Shown in pieces: positions 1-10,286 of a stretch of 64,000 bases of DNA. The stretch is from Azolla caroliniana (lineage: Eukaryota > Plantae > Polypodiophyta): NCBI GenBank assembly GCA_043228905.1, contig JBHGNT010000015.1, forward strand, positions 248,001 to 312,000. Direction: 5' to 3'. The position numbers were made by a program, and so were the translations under genes. Positions within the stretch are counted from its first letter, which is position 1, and the number at the start of each line of letters is the position of its first letter. Below the pieces are notes generated by a model, which saw only the letters and a list, made by a program, of their open reading frames with translations, ran no database searches and had not been told where the DNA came from.

Positions 1-1542
1 TAAAACTGACGAAGTAAGAGGCACCGCCGAGAGACTGATGCGGCATTGGGCCACAGACGTCCGAGTGGACCAAATCGAGAGGTCTCGTTTCTCTTGGTGT
101 TGATGTCGGGTGTGATGCGGCTGCTTGTTTGCCATACTGGCAATGCTCGCAGAATTGATGGTCCGAGAAGGAGAGTTTGGGGATGTATCCGGCTCTAGAT
201 AGGTGCGTGATGCCGGCCTTGCTGAGGTGTCCTAATCTTCGGTGCCATAGTGATGACACAGGAATATCCACCAAAAACAAGTTACCCTCTCTGAGCGTAA
301 CATGTAACGGATACAGGGAGTGTATCTTGGGTCCTCTAGCAAGCAGGAGGTTCCCCCTGTGGAGTGTCCACCCTCCCGAAGAAAAACCGGCACGAATGCC
401 GTCTTCATCTAGTTGTCCGACTGAGATCAATGGCCTTGAGAGCTCGGGTACATGTCGGACATTGTGGAGTACAAGTGTAGAGCCACCTGCAAGGTTGAGC
501 TCTACTGTGCCGATTCCGATGATGTCACAGTGTTGTGAGTTGCCGACTCGAACTGAGTCGGAGTGACGGATCGTATATTGCCGAAATTGGGATCGATGAG
601 GAGTCACGTGAAATGACGCGCCCGAATCTAAGAGCCATGTGCTCGATTCTTCAGTCGTGAGTAGAACTTCTAATCCGACTGGATTTTCGATTGATAGTAT
701 ATTCGGGTCGTCCGGTAGTACATCAGCTGAGAAGCTGACGTAATTGATCTCCTCATGCCGGCCACTCTTCTTGTTGTTCTTGTTCTTGAGTGCGCGGCAG
801 TCGGCTTTGATGTGTCCGGGTTTCTTGCAATAGTTGCAGATTCGGTTATCCCGTGACTGGCTCCGTCTTCGCTGATTGTTCGGCGGCCGTGAGGAATCTC
901 TTCCTCGTATGTTCGATCGGTCTGTCGAACCTTGTACTACATAAGCGTCGTCTGTTGAGTCTTTGGCGAAAGACTTTCTCCGAGCTGCTTCGGTCAGGAT
1001 TGCGCTCGTGACTTCGGAGTATTTAACAGCCGTGGTTGACGCGTTGCACACGGTTGTGACGAAAGTTTCCCATGATGAGGGAAGGCTGCTCATGAGTATC
1101 ATTGCTCTGAGTTCATCCTCGATTGCCGTCCCCTGTGACGAGATTTGGGAGCTTATGCTTTCGTACTCATTGAGGTGTGCTTGAACCGAATCGGATTCTT
1201 TCATCCGCAAGTTGTAGAGGCGCCGGATCAGAAACATCTTCGTTGCGGCGACCTTCTTTTCGTAAGTGTCCGACAGTGTTTTCCACAGTTCGAATGCTGT
1301 CGTACACGATTGCACCGTAAAGTATACCGATTCCGATAGGTGCATCCGAATCGTGGCGCGGACAATTCTGTCCAGCTTCTGCCACTCAATTGGTTTGTAT
1401 CCTTCTGGAGTTCTTCATTTTCGATGGGATCGATTTGCCCCTTGACTATGAGATAGTCTTGCATTTGCTCCTTCCAGAAGTTGAAGTTCGATCCATCGAA
1501 CTTTCGTAGACTCATTTCTGACGAGCCGGATGTTGATGCCAT
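1..1542 (-). pseudogene. copia gag-pol (gag, CCHC knuckle, protease, GAG-pre-integrase, start of integrase) with one frameshift near 1410
   Basis: Manual translation: KFDGSNFNFWKEQMQDYL, 1-nt shift, then EWQKLDRIVRATIRMHLS...CNYCKKPGHIKADC...WLLDSGASFHVTP...LWHRRLGH...CEHCQYGKQ...LDLVHSDVCGP. Open to the window edge. Confidence 0.9.
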
Positions 1543-2200
1543 CAAATTTGGTTTCGGTTGACGAAGCTCGGTTCGGAGTTGACTACGAGCCTTGTTGGAG
1601 TGCAGCCGGTTGGCTCACCCGATATTGCTCTAGTCGGATTTGAACCCGAGTCGGTTCGGCTTCGGAACTTGCTCGAATTGACTCCGGTAACTTGAGGGAC
1701 AGAACCGACTGGTCTTCCCGAATGTTGCCGAGTCGGAGTGAGCCCGGTTCGCTTCGGATATATATGCCGAATACCGATTATTGAAACCGATTATCTGGAC
1801 CGATTCTGCTTCGGGTGGCTGCAGCGACGAGAGAGACAGATCCAACTGATCCTCCCGAATGTCGATCAGCCAGATGAAGCACGAATTTGGGGTTGTTGTC
1901 TTGAGACCGATCTGCACCGAGTGGTTACAACGAGCGGCGAGCAGCGTTTGATGACCTCTTCGGATGCCGTTTAACCGAATGGAGCACGATCGTGTCAAAG
2001 TTGCACAAGGGGATTTCACCTCGAGCGGTTACGATCACAAGGAACGGAGTACAACCTGCTGGCTTACTCCAAGCAAAGATGATCTAACGCGATGAGATGC
2101 AGGCCTCGTTTTTCTTCTTCTTCTCTCTTTTTCGAATGACGCAGGAAACCGAATGCTGAGACGACGGCCGACAGCAGATTGAAGGACCGACTACTGTGCA

Positions 2201-2213
2201 GGCTCTGATACCA
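2201..2213 (-). other. Primer binding site, tRNA-iMet (TGGTATCAGAGCC)
   Basis: Plus strand ggctctgatacca, 2 nt from the LTR end. Confidence 0.92.
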
Positions 2214-2215
2214 GA

Positions 2216-2300
2216 TGTTGGAGACAAAGTCGTCTATGCGGAAGATCGAGAAGCATTCGATTTCAGTTGAGTACCTGCGTATGACAGATTGTAGGTCGTT

Positions 2301-2343
<43 letters not shown>

Positions 2344-2515
2344 CACAAAAATACTTCTTATTCCATAAAGCAATAATACAACACCCAACCTTACAAAAAG
2401 GTTACAAGGTCACTATATATAGTGACCGACTTAGGGCAACTACCCTTTATGCTAATTACATAAATGGCCAAAACGAGATAGTGTGAATACGTCCATTATA
2501 CACATGTATTCGACA
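2216..2515 (-). repeat. 5' LTR of the copia element
   Basis: Ends TGTTG...CGACA, TATA-like tatatata near 2414, (GA)n microsatellite about 2305-2342, adjacent PBS. Confidence 0.85.
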
Positions 2516-3806
2516 TCGCCGACTGTTGAGTTCCGGTTCTCGCCGTCTCCGGAGCCGTTGGAATGACTTCTTCTATAGAAGTCGTCAAGCCCGGTTCTAT
2601 ACGCACCGGTTCCGGTTCCTCCCTTGTGGTTTGCCCAGGTTGAGTTGGGGGCGTTTCCTCCTTTTGCGGGTCTGAACGCTCCCTCGCTGTCCCGGCGGTC
2701 CTACTTCTTGACCGTCGTTGGAGGTGCTCTTCTGGCTCCTCTGTTTCCTCTTCCTGGGTAATGACATGTTTCTGTGCCGTCAAGGGTTCCGGTTCCTTCT
2801 GTCCCGGTCGCCGTATGGTTATCTTAACGGGTCCCACCGGTGACACCTCCTCCGGTTCTGGGAGCCGTTTCTTTCCTTTCGTCGCCTTCGACGCCAGCAG
2901 CTGCTGTCGTTTGGACGCGGGCTTGGAAGTGCTTCCTTCCGATACTCTTGGCCGCTTCTTTGGCTGAACGGTCTCGACCGGCGGCACGAGCAATGTTATC
3001 CACTGAGCTACGACATGCCACAGCTTCCGGCCCTCCTTGCCGTCCTTTCCTCGTACCATGTCGATTGCCGCGCACAAACCGTCTGCAATCAACACCGGCC
3101 AGTCCACCTTGATCCCTTCATAGGTGGCTATGATCATCCCTGCCCGATTTTTTGGCATGACAAGGGGTCGGGGGTACACGTGGCCGTACTCATGGAGCAC
3201 TCGAGCTATCTCCCTGAATAGCGGATCTTCGCCGCCCTGCGTTCGATAGCCTTTGCCGGCTATAGAGTACTCACCGAAATATCGGATGAGTTGCTCCGAG
3301 GTTGGGTTATCAATCTGAAAAATACCTCCCTCCGGAAGGCCTGTTAGCGCACGGATCGCTTCTTCGGTGATGACTTCTGTGTCGAGCTCCTTGATGACCC
3401 GGTCGGCTTCTCTGTGCGGTGGTGCCTCCATGATGGTCAAGAACCCATCCAGTCCGTGTTGCCTGAACCATTTCCTGGCCGCTTCCGACAGCGTTTGTGG
3501 TTCCATGTCTGCTTCGAGGTCGAGGAAAGATGGCGAGGTAGAGTGGTGATGAGAGTGAGAGCGAGAGAGAGAGCGTTCCGAACGTGGGGTTTCTCTGAGT
3601 GCAGGTTCGCGTTTGCTAAGCTTCCACTGCCTTGGTGCTTCTGTGCTTCTTGGCTCGCGAAAAAAGAAGGTCTCCATGCGTTCTTCTTTTTCTCTGTGCG
3701 TCTTGGCGCCTTTTTCGAGCATGCGCACGTCGTGTACCAAATTAGTATTAAGCAATGTGGCGGCTCTTAAATGCCCACTACGTACCTTTTCGCTCCTTGC
3801 TTTCAC
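2516..3806 (-). CDS. Extra 3' ORF of the gypsy element (env-position ORF; resembles the Athila-type 'plant transposon protein' domain), truncated by the copia insertion
   Basis: 430 open codons in the sense of pol, with a globular segment ITEEAIRALTGLPEGG...IATYEGIKVDWPVLIADGL and a charged P/E/T-rich tail. First in-frame ATG at 3722. Confidence 0.75.
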
Positions 3807-3886
3807 GTCCGTTCATACCTCGATTTTTAATGATTTTTTTTAAAAAAAATTTTAAATTTTTTTTTTTTAAATGACGGTGTGTGATC

Positions 3887-6800
3887 TTACACATCCGTAG
3901 GTCCCTTCGGACCCTTACCGTTTTCCTTACGGGTTGCCGTGTCTTCCTTCGTCTCTGCTACGGGTTCCCCGTCGTCTTTTTCTTCCATCCGTACCGCTCC
4001 CGGACAGGTTCCCGGTATAGTGCCGGTGAGCTGCATAAACGGGTTCTTTGGCATCGGTCCTTTATAGGGCTTTAGTCTAAATCCGTTCACCCACTTGCCT
4101 AGTACTTCATCGGCAAGTGTCCCTATCTGATAGGACCCGTTGTATTCCCGTGTCAGCCAATACGGGCCTGTCCATCTAAACCGGAGTTTACCCGGCATCT
4201 TGCCCATACTCGTTTGGAATACTAGCACCGGCTTTCCGATTTCGAACATCTTTTCGTTACCTTTCCGGTGACGTTCCACGAACGCTTTCCGTCGTCGTTG
4301 CTCCAGTTCCATGTGTAGGATGTTGGCCAGCCGTTGCTCCTCCAGTTCGCATAGTGCTGCTAGCCGCATTTCCTCCGACTTCTTTTCATTCAGCCGTTCC
4401 CGTAGTTGGATCCGTAAGCTTGGTACCTGAAACTCCACCGGCATGACCGCCTCTAAGCCGAACGCTAACCGGAACGGCGTTGTCCGGATACTTGTTTTGT
4501 ATGCCGTTCCGTACGCCCATAGCGCGCTATGGAGCTTTGTATCCTAGTCCGTCCGGTTTTCATTGACGATTTTGCGGAGAATGTTCTGCAGCGTTTTGTT
4601 GGTTGACTCTGCTAACCCGTTCGCTTGTGGGTAGTACGGTGTGCTCCGTTTATGGATCACGGCATAGAACGTTGTTAAGCTTTCCACTACCTGGCCGAGG
4701 AAGTGCCCTCCTTGGTCGCTGATTAATTCAATCAGACATCCATATCGGCACCAAATGTTCTCGTACAGGAATTTTGTTGTGGATGACGCGGTATTGTCTC
4801 TCAAGGCCTTAGCCTCCACCCATTTAGTGCAATAATCCGTTGCCACGATGACATAACGATTACCCGTTCTCATTGCCGGTGGCTTGAACGGTCCGACAAA
4901 ATCCAACCCCCACTTCTGGAATGGCTCTAGTGGAAGTACCGGTTGGTGTGGCATCCGTGCTTGCTCCGTAGGCTGGCCCATTCGTTGGCATAGGTCACAT
5001 TCCTTAGCATACTTGACGGCGTCTTTTAACGTCGTGGGCCACCATAAGCCGCTTTGCCATACTTTCCTTGCCGTCGCTTCCCCGGCATAGTGTCCTCCGG
5101 CAACCCCACAGTGTGCTTCCCGTAAGATTACTTCTTTCTCGTCACTACGAACTGCCCGTCTCCATATTCCATCTGCTCCTTTGTGGTAGAGAGTGTCCCG
5201 TAACAGACAGAAATTGCGGCTCTGCACCGCCAGTCGTTTCCTCTCGTCCCGGTTCATTTCCTCCGGTGGCAGGCCCGTGCTTAGGAACTGGTGCATGTTT
5301 GTCAGCCACCTATCTTCTGATGCCACCGTGTCGTCCGCTGCCGTTTCCGGGGTGATACGGAATAACTCTGCGTCCGGGAATTCATCCGCTACTCCGTCGC
5401 CTGATTCTCCGGACTCTAACTGGCTCAGATAGTCTACTACGGCATGCTGGATACCGGGCCGGTGGAAAATCTCGAATTCGAACTCCTGCAACAGCAAGGT
5501 CCAACGGGCCAACTTACCGGTCAAGGACGCCTTGGACACTAAGTACAGGAGCGCCGAGTGATCCACATGAAAGGAGAACTTCCTTCCCAATAGGTAATGA
5601 CGAAACTTTGTGACACTGTAGATCATGCCCAGGGCCTCCCGTTCCGTCGTCGAATAGTTCTTCTCCGCTTGGGACAGCTTCTGGCTGGCGTAATATACCG
5701 GCCGGTACCATTTGGGCTCCGTAAGTTGCATTAAGGCGCTGCCGATAGCAATGTCGGAAGCGTCCACGAACACATGAAATTCCTTGCTCCAATCCGGAGG
5801 CTGCACGACGGGTGCTTGCGACAAAAGTACCTTCAGGGCATTGTATGCCTTATCCTCCGTATCCGTCCATTGGAACGGTGTTCGATGTACCGCGGTGTGT
5901 AATGGTGTAGCCAAGTCAGCCAAGTGACGGAGCATCCGGCTGTGCCACCGGATCTGTCCTAAGAATCGGCTTAGTGCTTTGGCTGTTTTCGGCGCCGGTG
6001 CCCCTAGTATCGCGTTTACTTTGTCCGGGTCGACCGCAATGCCCTCCTTACTTACAATGTGTCCCAGCAATATTCCACTTGAAACTCCAAAGATGCATTT
6101 TGCTGGGTTTAAGCTTAGCCGGTATAACCTACACTTTTCAAGGCATAACCGTAGGTGCTGCAAATGGTCTTTTCCCCGGCTATAGATTGCAAAATCATCC
6201 AGGAAAACCTGCATGAAGGCAGGAATGTATTCGCCGAAGATTTCCATGATGATTCGCTGGAAAGTTGTTGGTGCCGTTTTTAGGCCGAACATCATTACTT
6301 CGGCCACAAACACCCCCCATTCGGTGACGAACGCTGTCTTCTCCTGGTCGTCAGGGTGCATCCGGATTTGATTGTATCCGTTGAACCCGTCTAGAAAGCT
6401 ATAAACTTCATGGCCGGCGACGGCATCCAGTACTCCATCCGTGAACGGAAGAGGAAATGCATCCGTAATTGTGGCTGCATTTAGTTTCCTGTAATCTACC
6501 CACATGCGGATTTTACCGTTCTTCTTGGGGACGACGACGATGGGGCTCAGCCACGTCGCTTTCTTTACTGGCCGGATGAAGCCCACTCTTAGGAGTTTGT
6601 CGATTTCCTCCTTCACTTTGGCGGCGTAGTTGGGGTTCATTCGGTAACGTCTTTGCGCCACTGGTTTCGCGTCCTTGCCTAAGTGGATCTGATGCTGATA
6701 TAATTGAGGGTCCAACCCTCGCATGTCTTCGTATGACCAGGCGAATACGTCGCGAAACTCCGTGAGAAGTTTGATCATCGCCGCTTTATCTTCCGGCTTC

Positions 6801-9757
6801 ATTTCTTTGGCGATGTGTACCGGCTTTGATTCGTCCTTGCTTCCTAGGTTCACTTCGTCGAGCTGGGATGCTTTTACCCGTTGGGAAACGGCCATTTCCC
6901 GTTCCAACGCTTCCTGTGCTTGCCGTAATTCCCGAATCGCATTTTTGTCTGGTTCGGCTTTGGTTTCGTCCCGCTGTGGCAAGTATGGCGCTACGGCTTC
7001 AGCTACGTCAATCTCGAAGAGTGGTACGATCTTCGGGTGTTCCTCCAAGTACTGGGCTTCTTCGTTGTCTGCCAACCCTTCAAGCATGTTCACGCATTCC
7101 GCATACAGCGGTGTGCATTCCTTACCGTTGCTCGTCCGTGGTTGTGTCGGTACCCGGACCTTAGCTTTTCCGCGCCGGAAGGTAATCATGTTTTTCCGCC
7201 AATTTTGCTTGATGTGTGCTGTTTTCAACCATGGTCTGCCCAGCAACAGTGGGTACGCGCCTTGCGCCTGTAGCTGCAGCACTACAGCCGAGATGTGAAA
7301 TGTGTGACCTCCTATGGTGACTTCCAATTTCCGTATTAAGCCCGTCGGCCGTACAGAGCTCGTATCCGCCATCCGTAGCCAGAACGGACATGGCTCCCAT
7401 TCATGTATACCCAAGGCATCGCACGTGCGGAGGCTTATTACGTTCACCCCGGAACCTCCATCGATTACTGTGCCGGGAAGTTCGTGCCCTTTGACAATAG
7501 CTGTAATTACCGGACTACTAGTGTCCACCACCGTCGGTCCCTCCTCCGGATTCGAGAAGAGGACTGGTGCCGGTGGGGCTATACCGTCTGTCATGCCCGT
7601 TTTTAGTCCTTCCGTAAATCGCGGCACGAGCTGCAAGAGTCTTCCTAACGGCAACGTGATCTGACATTCTTGCAGTGCTTGCCATGTCTCGTTTTCTGGG
7701 TGGCTACCGCCGGCACTCCCTATGGTATTCGCCTTTTGCCGTTCCGCGTCCGCGACGTTCCTTTCATTGGCTTCCTTCACCCATTTCGTCGCCTGTTTTC
7801 GTATGGCCTCTTGTGTTTCCCACTCTTTGGCCATGTCTTTCGACCGTGTGGTTACTTGCTGTATATCCGCCACTTCCGGAACCACCATATTAACTGATGG
7901 TCGTTTCTCGTAGCTCTTTACCGGGCACTGGTTACTGTAGTGGCCTTCCTGCCTGTAGTAGTAGCAGTACTCTTTACGGGTATTGCTGGATTCAGCATTG
8001 CTGGTAGCCGGAGTCGGTCCCGTAGTGAGTGGTGCGTTCTGTGCCGGTTGGCTCCTTGGGGTTCCATGTTCCAGGTCCCTAGGGTGACCACCTTTCTTGA
8101 AATTGCGTTTCTTATTATTCTTATTTTTATTTCGGTAGTCCGGTCGTGGTGGATCGTAAAATCGGCCGTAGTCCTCCTGGTGCTTCCGGTAACCAGGGGA
8201 ATGGTCTCTGTCGTATTGCTCGTGTCGTCTGTTGGACTCCCGATAACGGTCCGATCGCTCATACCGGTCGTAGTTATCATGCCGATTCCCGTACCGGTCA
8301 TCATTCTCTTGTCTGTCTCCGTACCGGACATCCTGTGCCGGTCGGTACCGGTTCATTCTTTGCCAACGATCGTCATCTTCGTCTCGGCTGCTTCTTGGCT
8401 CGATCCGTCGGACGGGTGGTGCTTGTCGTTTTAACAGGTTATACTCGCACCGGTCCGTTGTATGACTCTTGGATTGACAAATCACACACTGAGTGCGCAT
8501 GGTGCACTCCACTGCCGAGTGTCCGACATTCAAGCAGATTGTGCATTGAATTGCTTGCCGGAACCGGAGATCTTCCTCGGTGGGTAACGCCCGTTGCAGT
8601 GTTCCCAGTGTAAGCCATGAGCTTGACTTTTCCATTTCTCTGACCCGGTCAATGACCTGGTCAATGGTGCTTCCTCGAAAGTCGATTACCGTACACACCG
8701 TGCGTAACGGTTCCCGGAGTGCGTTTAAAAATATCGTCCGTAATTCCTCCTCCAGGGGTGCACGGGCAAGCTGGCTATGCATTCGTTGGAAACGGATGAC
8801 GAATTGGGGAATGCTTTCCCCTGCCTCCTGTCGGATCGTATAAAACAGGCCCACCATTGTCGTCTGGTCGACCTCCTTGTGGAAAAAATGCAAGAATTTT
8901 GCTTTTAATTCTCCAAAGGTTGTGATGGTCGCCGGGTCCTGCGTCCGCCGCCATCGTGTCGCTGGTCCTTCCAACGTGACCCCGAATTCCGCTATCTTCG
9001 AGCGTTCTTCTTCCTCCGGTGTCATTCGCTGGGACGTGTGATTTGCTTCCCATGTCTGCTCGAAGGCATGAACATGCGCTTCCGCGTCCGGGTCATCGCG
9101 ATACTTTGAGTATTGGAACGGCATGTCGTCGTCCAGTATTAGGCCGCGGTTTAGTGGCGTTTGTTGATATCTTTCCGGTTTTCTCTCCGGTTCCACTTCC
9201 GGTTCTTTTGCCGGTGCTTTTTCCGGTTCCTTTTCCGGTTCCTTCACCGGCTCTTCTTCCGGTACCTTTGCCGGCTCTTTCGTTGGTGTCGGTGGCTTTG
9301 CTTCTTCCACTTCCGGTGTTGGTGGGTTGACGGCTTCCGTTTGTGGTTCCGGATCGCCCTGGTCGAACGGTTCCGGTTCTGGAGTCGGCACGGTATCCGA
9401 CCCATCGTCCTCCGGGCCGCCGGGGGTATCGTTGCTGCTCTGGTAGTTCGTGTGCACGCTGTATCCCCCTTCGGAATCCGATTCGTAGGCTGAAAAGGCT
9501 TCTGCCTCGTTTTCTCCGCTTGCCAGCGCCTCGAGGAGGCGTTCGGTTTCCCGGAGACTACTTAGACTGCTTCCGTCGTCCTGGTCGCGAGTTTGCTGTA
9601 ACCGAAGAGATTCCTCCGCGACTCTCCGGATCTCGTTGGAGAACGAACGATCCGAGCGAATTTCGTGCGTTGCTTGCTGGAAAGTCTCACACCGTCTTTG
9701 CCGTTCGGCGAGGCGTCGAGCTCGGTCTGTAACCAGGTCGTGCGTTGGTCTCGTCAT
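3887..9757 (-). pseudogene. gypsy gag-pol polyprotein with one premature stop (TAG at 4544-4546) in integrase
   Basis: Zinc knuckles CTICLNVGHSAVEC, CVICQSKSHTTDRC, CYYYRQEGHYSNQC; protease VIDGGSGVN; RT FLDDF; RNase H VFVDASD...TEREAL; integrase HHCC and WGLDFVGP...SDQG...NGLAE. The same frame resumes after the stop (NRTD*DTKLHSALWAY...MPVEFQVP) to 3887. Confidence 0.93.
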
Positions 9758-9794
9758 CCATTAAGCCGTCGTTCGCTGCGAGAAAGCAGGAATC

Positions 9795-9804
9795 GTGGTC
9801 GCCA
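9795..9804 (-). other. Primer binding site TGGCGACCAC (tRNA-Arg type)
   Basis: Plus strand gtggtcgcca next to the LTR. From recall, complementary to the ...GTGGTCG-CCA 3' end of plant tRNA-Arg(UCG). Confidence 0.7.
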
Positions 9805-9810
9805 AAACTG

Positions 9811-10280
9811 TGTTATTCTCTGACCGGACAAGGCCTAACACAAGGTGTCACGGAGACACTTCACCAAAGGGTGGTTACGGCATAGGATTAAGATTCAACG
9901 ATTACACCGACTTACGTAGGTTACACAATTAGATCGCTTTTGTTAATGACACACGTAATATACAATAGTAATTACAGAACGGAAACCAAGACAGAAGTAT
10001 AAACACCATAAGCTCTATTAATTATCCGCTGTGATTACAATGGGGTCCGGGCCTTTAAATAGGTTTCCGGCCCGTAGTACAAAACGGTGCCTCTCGCACC
10101 TATTCGGGATCCGTCCGGATCTGGAACGGCATACCGTTTCCAGTCCGTCCGTCCACACTATGCTTATTTACAACCATACTTAATTAATTCCTTCACTCCG
10201 TATTTTGGACTCCTTGCCGGCTATATTTATTGCGTCTCTACCCGCGATAGTAAGTTCCGGAGTACTGGGATTATTAATCA
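9811..10280 (-). repeat. 5' LTR of the gypsy element (boundaries approximate)
   Basis: Plus strand TGTTATT...TAATCA, adjacent PBS, composition change after 10280. The second LTR is not available for confirmation. Confidence 0.65.
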
Positions 10281-10286
10281 TTTCAG

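Larger units (their letters stand above)
1..2515 (-). mobile_element. Ty1/copia LTR retrotransposon, 5' part (runs off the left edge), inserted in the gypsy extra ORF
   Basis: Minus strand shows a 300-bp LTR (2216-2515), a tRNA-iMet PBS (2201-2213), a long leader, then gag-pol. Its edge at 2515/2516 cuts the gypsy ORF 2496-3806. Confidence 0.93.
2516..10280 (-). mobile_element. Ty3/gypsy LTR retrotransposon, non-chromovirus (Athila/Tat/Phygy/Selgy-like), with extra 3' ORF; 3' LTR outside the window
   Basis: LTR about 9811-10280, PBS TGGCGACCAC, gag-PR-RT-RH-INT order, no chromodomain after integrase, second ORF downstream of pol. Confidence 0.93.

Noticed and set aside
1405-1415. Programmed frameshift in copia gag
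   Set aside because: It lies in the N-terminal part of gag with no slippery site; a 1-nt deletion or sequencing error is simpler.
177-9732. Many plus-strand ORFs of 60-190 aa
   Set aside because: Antisense shadows of GC-rich retroelement coding sequence.
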